NCBI GenBank assembly: GCA_965222155.1
Contig: CBDCTH010000012.1
Location: forward strand, 800,001-864,000
Reading direction: 5' to 3'
Source: Gammaproteobacteria bacterium
Lineage (GTDB): Bacteria; Pseudomonadota; Gammaproteobacteria; Eutrophobiales; Eutrophobiaceae
Length of the DNA: 64,000 bases
The translations under genes and the position numbers were made by a program. Of the stretch, positions 7,977 to 17,672 are shown piece after piece. Under the pieces are notes generated by a model, which worked only from the letters and a program-made list of their open reading frames with translations, ran no database searches and was not told the DNA's origin. Within the stretch, counting starts at the first letter, position 1. The number at the start of each line of letters is the position of its first letter.

Positions 7977-10358
7977 ATGACTGCAGCATTAGTTATAGTT
8001 GAATCCCCTGCAAAAGCCAGAACCCTGAATCGCTACCTGGGTAGCGGGTATACCGTGATGGCCTCCAACGGCCACGTGCGCGACCTGTTGCCGAAATCCG
8101 GTGCGGTTGACCCGGAAAAGGATTTTGCGATGCATTATGAAATCATAGATAAAAACGCACGCTCCGTTGATGCAATTGCCCGGGCATTGAAGAAATCAGA
8201 CGTTTTATACCTTGCCACCGACCCTGACAGGGAGGGTGAGGCCATATCATGGCACCTGTATGAGTTGCTCAAAGACCGCGGTGTATTGAAACAGAAAGTG
8301 GTTAAACGCGTGGTCTTCCATGAAGTAACCAGGGATGCGGTATTGCGGGCAATCAACAGCCCCGGTGAGCTTTCCCTGGACCTGATCAACGCCCAACAGG
8401 CAAGGCGTGCTCTCGACTACCTGGTGGGGTTCAACTTGTCCCCACTGTTATGGAAGAAGATACGCACAGGCTTGTCTGCCGGACGGGTACAGAGTCCCGC
8501 GCTCAGGATGCTCGTCGAACGGGAGGAGGAAATAGAACAATTCAAGACCCGTGAATACTGGACTATAGAAGCCGACCTGAAGCGCTCGGGAATGGATTTT
8601 ACGGCCCGGCTGGTGCGTTATGATGATGAGAAAGTCGAGCAATTCAGCATCACCGATGAAGCGCGGGCGCAACAGGTCGCCGGCGTCCTGGAAAACAATG
8701 CCGCCAAGCAGCTCAGCCAGGCCACAAACAGGGAGGAGCAGGCCGCCGGGAGCGCTGAAGCCAAGGGGGCATTGATCGTCAGCAGCGTCGACCGAAAACA
8801 GCGCAAGCGCCAACCGGCCCCACCGTTTATCACCTCGACACTGCAACAGGAGGCCATAAGAAAGCTGGGCCTGACCGCACAGCAGACCATGCGTATTGCG
8901 CAACAGTTGTATGAAGGAATTGATACCGGCACCGGGGCTGTTGGCCTGATCACTTACATGAGGACTGACTCGGTCAACCTGGCTGCAGAAGCAGTCAATG
9001 AAATGCGCCGTTTCATAAATGATAAATATGGCGCTGACTACCTGCCTGATTCCCCGCGCCGATTTAAAACCAGATCGAAAAACGCCCAGGAGGCCCATGA
9101 GGCGGTCCGCCCGACGTCCGTATACCGCGTGCCGCAGGAGATCAGGTCGAAATTATCCAAGGATCAATTCAGGCTGTATGAATTAATCTGGAAACGGGCA
9201 CTGGCCAGCCAGATGGCCCATGCGGTCATCGACACGGTCGCGGTTGATTTGGCCTGCGGCGGCGCTGCGCTGTTGCGCGCCAACGGCTCTACCCTGGTTG
9301 AAAAAGGCTTTATGGTTCTTTACACGGAAGGAAAAGACGATCAGAAACAAGGGCAGGCCGGTGACGCCACTGACAGAAAACTACCCGCGATGCAGGCAGG
9401 TGACGTGGCAACATTATTGAAAATAAGACCTGAACAGCATTTCACCGAACCTCCGCCCCGATTTTCCGAGGCGACCCTGGTCAAGACTCTGGAAGAATAC
9501 GGTATTGGCCGGCCTTCGACCTATGCCGCCATTATTTCAACGTTGCGGAACCGTGAATATGTCGAGATGGTTAATAAACGCTTCGTCCCCACCGACGTGG
9601 GACGTATCGTAAATAAATTCCTGACTGAGCATTTTACCGGTTACATCGACTATGACTTTACCGCCAAGCTGGAAGATGAACTTGATGCCGTATCCAGGGG
9701 CGAGAAGGAATGGCTTCCCTTGATGAAAGAGTTTTGGGAACCGTTCTCAGCACGGGTAAAGGACAAGGAAGGAGGGGTAAGTCGCGATGAAGCGGTAAGC
9801 CCGCGGACTTTGGGTGATGACCCGGCGACCGGTCGGCTTGTTTCGGTACGGATGGGGCGTTACGGCCCATATATTCAAATCGGCTCCAGGGATGACGCAG
9901 AGGAACTGAAGTTTGCCAGTCTGCGTACTGATCAACGCATGGATACCATCAGCCTTGAACAGGCCCTGGAGTTATTTCGCCTGCCGAGAGAGTTGGGCGT
10001 GACTGAAGCAGGTGAGAAGATCAGCGTCAACATCAGCCGCTACGGTCCTTATGTGCGCTATGACAACAAGTTTGTCTCACTGAAAGAGGGGGATGATCCC
10101 TACACGATAGATTTGCAGCGGGCGCTGGAACTGGTGCGGGAGAAGAAAGCGTCTGATGCCGAAAAACACATCAAGGTGTTTGAAAAAGAGGGCATATCGA
10201 TCCTGAACGGGCGCTTTGGACCATATATTACTGATGGGAAGAAAAACGTGAAAATTCCCAAGGGCAGGGAAGCGGAGGATCTCACCCTGAAAGACTGTCA
10301 GGACTTGATCGCCGCAGCCCCCGCCGGGCGCCGACGACAGAAAGGAAAATCGAGATGA
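7977..10358 (+). CDS. topA: DNA topoisomerase I with C-terminal Topo_C repeats (no Zn ribbons)
   Basis: LVIVESPAKA, ATDPDREGE, SAGRVQS, ITYMRTDS, GIGRPSTY, three GRYGPY-type repeats. Confidence 0.97.
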   Translation: MTAALVIVESPAKARTLNRYLGSGYTVMASNGHVRDLLPKSGAVDPEKDFAMHYEIIDKNARSVDAIARALKKSDVLYLATDPDREGEAISWHLYELLKDRGVLKQKVVKRVVFHEVTRDAVLRAINSPGELSLDLINAQQARRALDYLVGFNLSPLLWKKIRTGLSAGRVQSPALRMLVEREEEIEQFKTREYWTIEADLKRSGMDFTARLVRYDDEKVEQFSITDEARAQQVAGVLENNAAKQLSQATNREEQAAGSAEAKGALIVSSVDRKQRKRQPAPPFITSTLQQEAIRKLGLTAQQTMRIAQQLYEGIDTGTGAVGLITYMRTDSVNLAAEAVNEMRRFINDKYGADYLPDSPRRFKTRSKNAQEAHEAVRPTSVYRVPQEIRSKLSKDQFRLYELIWKRALASQMAHAVIDTVAVDLACGGAALLRANGSTLVEKGFMVLYTEGKDDQKQGQAGDATDRKLPAMQAGDVATLLKIRPEQHFTEPPPRFSEATLVKTLEEYGIGRPSTYAAIISTLRNREYVEMVNKRFVPTDVGRIVNKFLTEHFTGYIDYDFTAKLEDELDAVSRGEKEWLPLMKEFWEPFSARVKDKEGGVSRDEAVSPRTLGDDPATGRLVSVRMGRYGPYIQIGSRDDAEELKFASLRTDQRMDTISLEQALELFRLPRELGVTEAGEKISVNISRYGPYVRYDNKFVSLKEGDDPYTIDLQRALELVREKKASDAEKHIKVFEKEGISILNGRFGPYITDGKKNVKIPKGREAEDLTLKDCQDLIAAAPAGRRRQKGKSR

Positions 10359-10372
10359 CGCATATTTTATAT

Positions 10373-10456
10373 GCCACAGAGGACACAGAGAAAATACGAT
10401 CCGTCATCACTGCGCAGGCAGGAATCAAACTCTGTGTCCTCTGTGCTCTCTGTGGC
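10373..10456. repeat. Palindromic element (GCCACAGAGGACACAGAG...CTCTGTGCTCTCTGTGGC) with a nested REP remnant
   Basis: Inverted arms; inner CCGTCATCACTGCGCAGGCAGGAATC; a half copy at about 11590-11606. Confidence 0.75.
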
Positions 10457-10488
10457 TATAATCTTTTATTTGAATACGAGTATTGCCG

Positions 10489-11016
10489 ATGAGCGAAAAA
10501 AGACCATTTGTTGCTATTTTGATGGGGTCGGATTCCGACTTGCCCGTCATGCGTGCGACGCTGGAGGTACTGGATAAGTTCTCCATACCGAAAGAAGTGA
10601 AAATCACCTCCGCACACCGCACTCCCGAGGTAACCCGCGCCTACATAAAAGATGCGGAGGCCCGGGGTTGCGCCGTATATATTGCCGCAGCCGGCCTCGC
10701 CGCGCACCTGGCCGGCGCCGTGGCCGCAACGACAACGAAACCGGTTATCGGCGTGCCCCTGGATGCCGGCCCTCTCAGCGGCATGGATGCGTTGCTGGCG
10801 ACCGTACAGATGCCGGGAGGCATTCCGGTCGGTTGTGTCGCTATCGGCAAGGCGGGCGCAAAAAACGCGGCCTACCTGGCCGCGCAAATCCTGGCCTTGC
10901 AGGATACCGACCTCGCCGGCGTTATCGCGGACGAACGCCGGCAGATGACCCGGGATGTCCAGAAAAAGGATGCCGCATTACAGGAGCAACTGGCCGGTGG
11001 TTCTTCACCGGACTGA
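10489..11016 (+). CDS. purE: N5-CAIR mutase
   Basis: [37 protein letters not shown]. Confidence 0.97.
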   Translation: MSEKRPFVAILMGSDSDLPVMRATLEVLDKFSIPKEVKITSAHRTPEVTRAYIKDAEARGCAVYIAAAGLAAHLAGAVAATTTKPVIGVPLDAGPLSGMDALLATVQMPGGIPVGCVAIGKAGAKNAAYLAAQILALQDTDLAGVIADERRQMTRDVQKKDAALQEQLAGGSSPD

Positions 11017-11019
11017 CCG

Positions 11020-11574
11020 GTGTTGAAACGCTGGCACGTCAACTACACGCGGCGAGTCCTGGAAAACGGCGGGGTCATCGCCTATCCCACGGAGGCGGTG
11101 ATGGGTCTGGGTTGTTCTCCCCTGAATCAAGCAGCGGTGGCGAAAGTGTTGCGATTGAAGCGGCGCTCAGCCGATAAAGGCCTGATCATCATAGCCTCAA
11201 ATATTGAACAATTGTCCGTCATGGTGGATTTTTCCAGGGTTGCAGAACGGGAGGAAATAATCAGGTCATGGCCCGGCCCCGCCACCTGGCTGATACCGGC
11301 GCAGCCGGCTACGCCGCGCTGGCTTACCGGCCGGCATAAAACCCTGGCCGTGCGGGTATCGGCGCATCCCGTTGTTCAGCGGCTGTGTGATGAAGTCGGT
11401 TTACTAGTCTCAACCAGCGCCAACCCGTCCGGCTGCAGACCGGCCAGGACTCAGCAGCGCGTTCGAGCCTATTTCGGTACGGACGTGGACTGTTATGTTC
11501 CCGGTAGCGTCGGTCGCGATCCACAGCCCAGCAAAATCCGTAATGGCCTTACGGGACGGCTGGTCCGAGGCTAG
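11020..11574 (+). CDS. tsaC: L-threonylcarbamoyladenylate synthase (Sua5/YrdC)
   Basis: IAYPTEAV.GLGC, LKRR, KGLI, WPGP.T, VSTSAN. Confidence 0.93.
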   Translation: MLKRWHVNYTRRVLENGGVIAYPTEAVMGLGCSPLNQAAVAKVLRLKRRSADKGLIIIASNIEQLSVMVDFSRVAEREEIIRSWPGPATWLIPAQPATPRWLTGRHKTLAVRVSAHPVVQRLCDEVGLLVSTSANPSGCRPARTQQRVRAYFGTDVDCYVPGSVGRDPQPSKIRNGLTGRLVRG

Positions 11575-11731
11575 TTTTCAGCCAGATATCTGTGCCCTCT
11601 GTGGCTAAAAGGAGCGTCTATCGACTTTGAAATGGCGCTGTTGTGTAAATACATCATTAACATCGCTGCAACAATCGTGTAGTATTCCTACGCTGTTACG
11701 CAAACGCTTTAATCCTACCCGGAGAAAATTA

Positions 11732-13972
11732 ATGATCGATCTGAAATTCAGCAGAAGCTTTTCAAGATTAAGCCTTTTCACAGTGTTGTTTGTGTTTGGA
11801 TTACCTTCGTATGCACAGACAGTGCTTGAGGAGATCGTGGTGACTGCACAAAAACGCGAACAGAACATCCAGGACGTACCGATCTCAATCTCCAGGCTAT
11901 CCGGACAGAGACTTGCCTCCAAGTTCCTGGGAGGAGAAGACATCCTGGCCCTTGCCAGCACAGTGCCGGGATTGCATGTGGAGAGTTCCAACGGCCGCCT
12001 ATCGCCGCGCTTCTACATGCGGGGTCTGGGCAATGCCGATTTTACCGCAGCCGCATCGCAACCGGTGTCCATCGTTTTTGACGAGGTGCCGATGGAAAAA
12101 GCGTCTCTCAAATCATTTCCCTTGTTCGACCTCGACAATATAGAGGTTATTCGCGGCCCCCAGGGCACCTTGTTCGGACGCAACACCACGGCGGGAATTA
12201 TCAAGTTTGAATCGCGCCGCCCCACCGAGGAAACGGAAGGTTACATCAAGGCTGCCGGGGGCAACAAGGGGACTATAAACGTGGAGGGAGCCGTCGGCGG
12301 CACCCTGGTTGAGAACACCTTGATGGGCCGAATCTCATTCATCACGCAGAACCGCTCCGACTGGATCAATAACGCCTTCACCGGCGAGGACGACGCCATA
12401 GGCGGATTTGACGTTTTTGCCGGGCGCGCCCAGTTGTTATGGACTCCCACTGACGATTTCAGCGCCTTGCTCCTGTACCAGCACCAGGACCAGGGCGGCA
12501 ACTCCGCATCTGCTTTCCGCGCCAATGTTTTTGACAAGGGCAGTAATAAACTGAATGATAACTATGATCGTAATACGGTGTGGTTCGATGGTGGCGACAA
12601 TAACCCTGCGGAGATAAAGAGTTTTGGCGCGACCGTGAAACTGGACTGGGACGTCGGCAACCATACGCTTACCTCGATCACGTCGTACCAGGATATTTAT
12701 GACCGCTCCGCGCGCGGTGACATTGACGGCGGGTACGGTTGTTTGTTTACCTGTGGCGGGATACCGGCCGGACCGCCCAGTACCCCGTTCAGCCCGTTCA
12801 ATTCGCCTTTTGTTGTCAATGTCGATACCGGCGGCGATCAGACTGTAGAGCAGATTACCCAGGAAATACGCATAGCCAGTAACCTGGACGGCGCGTTTAA
12901 TTACCAACTGGGCGTTTTCTACTTTGAAGATGATCTCAGGAGCGTCTCTAAAAATGCAAGTGCCGGCGCTCCGGAATTTGTTGTGGGGTCTATTTCCGAT
13001 ATCGAGAACACCACCTGGGCTGTCTTCGGACAAGGCTCCTTCAACGTAACCGAGCAGTTCACGCTGACCGCAGGGGTGCGTTACACGGACGACGAGAAAG
13101 ATGCTGAACATCAAGATTTTAGACCCAACCCCCTTTTGCTTGATCCGATCAGTCTGGGGGATGATAATGTCAGTTGGGACATATCGCTGGCTCGCGCGGT
13201 CGGCAATGATGCCCAGGTCTACGCCCGGGTGGCCTCCAGTTTCCGCGCGCCCACCATACAGGACCGTCTTGAGGCAGATACCAAAGTAACTGTCGCGGGC
13301 TCGGAGACCATCATGTCTTATGAAATCGGCTACAAGGCGCTGTTTGAGAAGGTCAGGCTGAACGTGGCAGCCTTCTATTACGAGGTCGATGACATGCAAC
13401 TAGTCGCGGTAGGCGGCGCCAGCAATTCTACGAGTCTGCTGAACGCCGATGAGGGTGTCGGCTACGGTGTTGAGTTTGACGTTGATATTGCTATGACTGA
13501 AAACCTCATCCTGTCCGGTGGTTTCGGTTATAACAAGACGGAACTCAATGATGACAAACTGACATTGCCGATTGGCCCCATGGCTACCAGTCTGGACCCT
13601 TTGGATGAAAACGGTAGAGCAATAATTGACGGCAACCCGTTCCAGCATGCGCCGAAGTGGACTGCGAACCTGGAGCTGGACTATACCCATCCCCTTTCCG
13701 GCAATAGTGAGATATACCTGTACACTGACTGGAAAATCAAGGGCAAGACCAGTGACTTTCTTTACGAAAGCATTGAATTTACCTTTGGTACACAGTTTGA
13801 AGGCGGGTTGAGGGCCGGTTATCGCGATACGGCAAGGAATTTTGAGATCGGCATGTTTGCACGCAATATCACCGACGAGGATAATCCCATCGGCGGCATC
13901 GACTTCGCCAACAACCTCGGTTATGTCAACCAGCCGAGAATATGGGGGGCGGAAGCCTCATACCGGTTCTAA
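11732..13972 (+). CDS. TonB-dependent receptor
   Basis: LEEIVVTAQKREQ, EVIRGPQGTLFGRN, C-terminal ...YRF; signal peptide. Confidence 0.95.
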   Translation: MIDLKFSRSFSRLSLFTVLFVFGLPSYAQTVLEEIVVTAQKREQNIQDVPISISRLSGQRLASKFLGGEDILALASTVPGLHVESSNGRLSPRFYMRGLGNADFTAAASQPVSIVFDEVPMEKASLKSFPLFDLDNIEVIRGPQGTLFGRNTTAGIIKFESRRPTEETEGYIKAAGGNKGTINVEGAVGGTLVENTLMGRISFITQNRSDWINNAFTGEDDAIGGFDVFAGRAQLLWTPTDDFSALLLYQHQDQGGNSASAFRANVFDKGSNKLNDNYDRNTVWFDGGDNNPAEIKSFGATVKLDWDVGNHTLTSITSYQDIYDRSARGDIDGGYGCLFTCGGIPAGPPSTPFSPFNSPFVVNVDTGGDQTVEQITQEIRIASNLDGAFNYQLGVFYFEDDLRSVSKNASAGAPEFVVGSISDIENTTWAVFGQGSFNVTEQFTLTAGVRYTDDEKDAEHQDFRPNPLLLDPISLGDDNVSWDISLARAVGNDAQVYARVASSFRAPTIQDRLEADTKVTVAGSETIMSYEIGYKALFEKVRLNVAAFYYEVDDMQLVAVGGASNSTSLLNADEGVGYGVEFDVDIAMTENLILSGGFGYNKTELNDDKLTLPIGPMATSLDPLDENGRAIIDGNPFQHAPKWTANLELDYTHPLSGNSEIYLYTDWKIKGKTSDFLYESIEFTFGTQFEGGLRAGYRDTARNFEIGMFARNITDEDNPIGGIDFANNLGYVNQPRIWGAEASYRF

Positions 13973-14009
13973 AAGACAGAGGATAGAGGACGGAGTACCG
14001 GCTGCCTAC

Positions 14010-14135
14010 CGTCATTCCAGCCGCCTCCGTCGTCATTCCGGCCGCCTCCGTCGTCATTCCGGCGGATGCCGGAATCCAGTCGGATAACGTGCCGCCGTCT
14101 TGTTTAACTGGATACCGGCTTTCGCCAGTATGACG
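14010..14135. repeat. REP-like inverted pair with a 21-bp tandem duplication in the left arm
   Basis: CGTCATTCC(A/G)GCCGCCTCCGT twice, then CGTCATTCCGGCGGATGCCGGAATCCAGT; inverted arm at 14107-14135. Confidence 0.85.
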
Positions 14136-14167
14136 GCGGTTAAAAATGCGGACCGAAGTGCATTCTC

Positions 14168-15328
14168 ATGAGTATAACCAGACGCTCGTTTGTCAAAACA
14201 TCACTGGCGTTTCTGGCTGGCGGCGCGTTTTCCCCGTATATAGCCGGTTCTGCTGGTAATTATTTAGCGAATGCTGCGCCAGGACGCAGGATACCGGTGA
14301 TACTTGATTCCGACATCGGTGACGATATAGACGATACCTGGGCATTGCTGATGCTGCTGCGTTCGCCGCAGTTTGACGTGAAGCTCGTCGTAAGCGATTT
14401 TGGCAACGCCATCTACCGTTGCCGCTTGTTCGCCAAGCTGCTGGAACTGACCGGTCATACCCACATACCGATTGGAGTGGGACTTGACGCAGATGATGAG
14501 GTCGGCAGGCAAAGTGAATGGATAGGAGATTATCGGCTGCAGGACTATCCGGGCGCCGTGCATCATGACGGTGTTCAAGCGTTGATCGATGTCATAAGAC
14601 AATCACTGGAGCCGGTTACACTGCTTTGCATCGGTCCCGTCCCGAATATCGCCGAGGCCCTCAGGCGGGAACCGGCCATTGCGGAGAATGCGCGTTTTGT
14701 GGGCATGCACGGTTCCATCTATAAGGGTTATGACAGCGCGGCGACACCGGCGGCGGAATGGAACGTTAAGGCCAACCCGAAAGCGCTGCAACAGGTATTT
14801 GCTGCCCCCTGGGATTGTACTGTCACACCGCTGGATACCTGTGGTTCGGTACGGCTGACAGGTGGGAATTATCAAAGAATTTATCGTAGCGAAGATCCCT
14901 GGCTCGAGGCCTTGATTGAGAACTACCGGGTCTGGTTCCCCCTGGCGCCATTCATAAAACCGGGAACTGACCCGAGCCGAATGAGCACGATCCTGTTCGA
15001 TACCGTTGCCGTTTATGCGGCCTACACACAAGACCTGCTGGTTATGGAAGACTTACCCCTGCGTGTCACGGATGATGGCTACACCGTGATCGATAGTCAA
15101 AATGGCCGTCTCGTCCACTGCGCGACAAAGTGGAAAAACCCCCAGGCATTCAAGGACAAGCTAGTCGATACCCTGACAAGTGGTGTCTCCAGTTTGTCTG
15201 CGCAGACATCAGGGCAACCGCATACGTTTGGATTCTGTTGCAGAAGACAGGAAACCAACCGGACAACACCGCCCGTCATGCTGGCGAATGCCAGCATCCA
15301 GTCAAACAATAGCGCAGGCTCAGGGTAA
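14168..15328 (+). CDS. Tat-exported nucleoside hydrolase (IU-NH family); C-terminal ~40 aa come from an inserted MITE
   Basis: TRRSFVK Tat motif, DSDIGDDIDD, IGPVPN, AEWN, PLD, LFD. Confidence 0.88.
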   Translation: MSITRRSFVKTSLAFLAGGAFSPYIAGSAGNYLANAAPGRRIPVILDSDIGDDIDDTWALLMLLRSPQFDVKLVVSDFGNAIYRCRLFAKLLELTGHTHIPIGVGLDADDEVGRQSEWIGDYRLQDYPGAVHHDGVQALIDVIRQSLEPVTLLCIGPVPNIAEALRREPAIAENARFVGMHGSIYKGYDSAATPAAEWNVKANPKALQQVFAAPWDCTVTPLDTCGSVRLTGGNYQRIYRSEDPWLEALIENYRVWFPLAPFIKPGTDPSRMSTILFDTVAVYAAYTQDLLVMEDLPLRVTDDGYTVIDSQNGRLVHCATKWKNPQAFKDKLVDTLTSGVSSLSAQTSGQPHTFGFCCRRQETNRTTPPVMLANASIQSNNSAGSG

Positions 15329-15415
15329 TGAAGGGTTATTCACTGGATTCTGGCCTGCGCCAGAATGACGGAATCGGGCAAAAACATCTGAATTCAAAAG
15401 TATGCGGTTGCCCTG
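15210..15415. mobile_element. 206-bp MITE with ~26-bp TIRs and a 10-bp target-site duplication
   Basis: CAGGGCAACCGCATACGTTTGGATTC ... GAATTCAAAAGTATGCGGTTGCCCTG, flanked by GCGCAGACAT at 15200-15209 and 15416-15425; contains a REP pair. Confidence 0.85.
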
Positions 15416-15744
15416 GCGCAGACATTAGCTGCAATGTACGCGTCAACCCAGGTAAGTACTGGGCCTGCTGCGCTGTTGGAGAGGTTGGAGACTGAACCGA
15501 CCGACTGGACAAGCGCAACCCGATTTAACTGACGCTGACGCTTGACCTGCTGATACCGGATGGGTACTATGTTACCACCGTGTGAACTGTCTGATGAGCC
15601 TCACATGTATTGAATTAGGGCAACGCCTACTTTTTATTGATATTATGATGTATGACAGATTGAAACTTAACCGGCTTATCTGCTTATCGCCTGAATGTGT
15701 ACACTGCTTGACCAAAAGGTAGAACAGTTACTCCACACGGATGT

Positions 15745-15978
15745 ATGTCAAAGAAGTCCAAATCTTCCTCGTCATTCCTTGACAGACAAGAGTATCTGGG
15801 GTTTCGCTACGGAGAACAGAGGTGGCGGTCCCACGACCGGAAAAGGCTATATACCTGGGATTCGCTACATGGCGAAATTGAAGTTTTCAATAGTCGCGGG
15901 CATCATCTTGGCGTCCTCGAACCGCTTGGGGGGCGTTTAATAAAAAGCGCCGTCAAAGGGAGAAAAATCCGTGTCTGA
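15745..15978 (+). CDS. Stand-alone colicin E3/cloacin-type ribonuclease (cytotoxic) domain
   Basis: RW...KRLYTWDSLHGEIEVFNSRGHHLG......G..IK.AVKGRKI matches the ColE3 catalytic WDxxHGExExY/F motif. Confidence 0.8.
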   Translation: MSKKSKSSSSFLDRQEYLGFRYGEQRWRSHDRKRLYTWDSLHGEIEVFNSRGHHLGVLEPLGGRLIKSAVKGRKIRV

Positions 15979-17044
15979 TTTCATTCAAAAGTGCCTTTCC
16001 GGAGCGGCTCGATTTACCGATATAGATGCCTATGTAGAGCGGTGGCACGAATGCGATAGTGATAAAACCATTCACGATTTCCTTGGCTTGACTTTGCATG
16101 AGTATTCCCTCTGGGTGGAACAGCCCGAGGTTTTGCCTAAAATTGTCACTGCACGTCGCAATGGCACTGATATCAATGAGTTACTGCAATCCTGCAGCAA
16201 GACTCTTAGCCGGCGTGGAAAACTGTCGGATGCTGAAGGTAGCGTACTTGGAATCGACGTGGGTTGGTCTACGCAGAACAGGACAAGTGCGGTTTGTCGT
16301 CTGTCATGGAATGAACGGAACATTAAATGGGATATCCGCCGCTTTCGGGCTAAATCGCCCGACCGTCAGGCAGCTATAGAATACGTGGCTGATAACAGAG
16401 AATTACTCGCCGTAGCTATCGATGGCCCGCTTCGCCACGGTTTTGATGAAATTGAAGAATATCGGAGCGCGGAACGCATTCTTAGCAGGAGGATACTTCA
16501 ACGATGTATAGGCAAGCCCGGTCAATCAAGTTCCGGGAACGGCAAGCGCCTCAACGAGCAGGCAAACATATCAGCAAACCTCGTCAAGCAACATTGTAAT
16601 GTCAGCGAGTCAAGACATGCTACTCCGATTGACCAGAAAGCCATTGTCGAAGCCTTCCCGACGACGTTTCTTGGCGTCATGATCGAGTGTCCGCAACGAT
16701 TGGACAAGCCAAGAAAAAAATCAGACCGATATTTTATTTACTTGGCTGAACGCAGCGGCTTTGAGTGGGTACGGCGATTGCTTGGTGGTCAGCAGAGATG
16801 GGAAAGAAGTCCTTGTGAAATAAAGAATCATGATGACAGAGCGGCTCTGGTTTGTGCGTTGACAGCGCTGTGTGTCGCAGCCGGGCAATTTACCGCGGTC
16901 GGCGATGATGATTACGGATGGATTATTTTGCCCCCCTATCAGGAATTTGCTCCTTGGGCCCAAGAGGCAATTTCAGAATCTGCAACAGCTGACCCGGTTG
17001 GAAAACTAGCATACTACCCGCTTGATTTGACAATGCCACGCTGA
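15971..17044 (+). CDS. Putative immunity/antitoxin domain fused to a DUF429 (RNase H-like nuclease) domain
   Basis: N-terminal ~70 aa acidic helical domain (IDAYVERWH...FLGLTLHEYSLWV); then VLGIDVGW, AIDGPL, RSAER, VEAFP, DDRAALVCALTA. Confidence 0.65.
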   Translation: MSDFIQKCLSGAARFTDIDAYVERWHECDSDKTIHDFLGLTLHEYSLWVEQPEVLPKIVTARRNGTDINELLQSCSKTLSRRGKLSDAEGSVLGIDVGWSTQNRTSAVCRLSWNERNIKWDIRRFRAKSPDRQAAIEYVADNRELLAVAIDGPLRHGFDEIEEYRSAERILSRRILQRCIGKPGQSSSGNGKRLNEQANISANLVKQHCNVSESRHATPIDQKAIVEAFPTTFLGVMIECPQRLDKPRKKSDRYFIYLAERSGFEWVRRLLGGQQRWERSPCEIKNHDDRAALVCALTALCVAAGQFTAVGDDDYGWIILPPYQEFAPWAQEAISESATADPVGKLAYYPLDLTMPR

Positions 17045-17108
17045 AGGTAGACAGACTTCAGTCTGTCCCCTTACCAAGTCAGAAAAAATAAATCTGTCTC
17101 CTATGCCT

Positions 17109-17594
17109 CTACCACCCCTGACTATGCAACCAGTCAAATGGCTCTGCCGCAATTACCGGGTCGGGCAGCCAGGTCTCATGTACGTGAAACCACTTTATGC
17201 CGTTGGGCGCCCGCTTATCGGCAAGGAAAACGGCTGAGGATAAGCGGCCGTTGTTCTCAGGGTTTGATTGCTTTGCGTTTCTCTGCCACTCTTGGTAGGT
17301 AACGGCATACACGGAATCAGCGACCTGCGGTTTTTCCCTGATGTCCCGGATGCTGATTTGAAAGTCCGGGTTGCTGCCGTACAACTTCGTGAATTCCGGC
17401 CAGAAATCTGAGCCGTTGAGCATGATGCCGGCGGGCAGGATAATGCTGAAATCCGCGTGCATCCGGTCCAGCAGACGCTCAGCGAATACCGCTTCGCTGT
17501 TTTCGCAGTAACCACCGAACCAGTCTTCAAAAAAACGGTGCAGGTCGATGATTTCAATGGCAAGTCGATCGGTATATTCTTTGTCTGTGTGCAT
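17109..17594 (-). CDS. NTF2/SnoaL-like (DUF4440-like) protein
   Basis: EIIDLHRFFEDWF, TYQEWQ, R.SSA, W.HVHETW. Confidence 0.7.
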   Translation of the reverse strand: MHTDKEYTDRLAIEIIDLHRFFEDWFGGYCENSEAVFAERLLDRMHADFSIILPAGIMLNGSDFWPEFTKLYGSNPDFQISIRDIREKPQVADSVYAVTYQEWQRNAKQSNPENNGRLSSAVFLADKRAPNGIKWFHVHETWLPDPVIAAEPFDWLHSQGW

Positions 17595-17628
17595 GTTTGT
17601 AACCTCCTGCCTTGTTATTTGATATTTG

Positions 17629-17668
17629 AATATTTGGGGTCAGAGTTTTTACTCTGACCCCAAATATT
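17629..17668. repeat. Perfect palindrome AATATTTGGGGTCAGAGT-TTTT-ACTCTGACCCCAAATATT
   Basis: 18-bp arms; same family as 45103-45198. Confidence 0.85.
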
Positions 17669-17672
17669 GACA

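Noticed and set aside
10489-11016. purE without adjacent purK
   Set aside because: Unlinked or absent purK is common and cannot be judged from this window
12437-13399. Long antisense ORFs (also 35236-36081, 45621-46358, 58283-59179)
   Set aside because: Shadows of well-supported genes on the opposite strand
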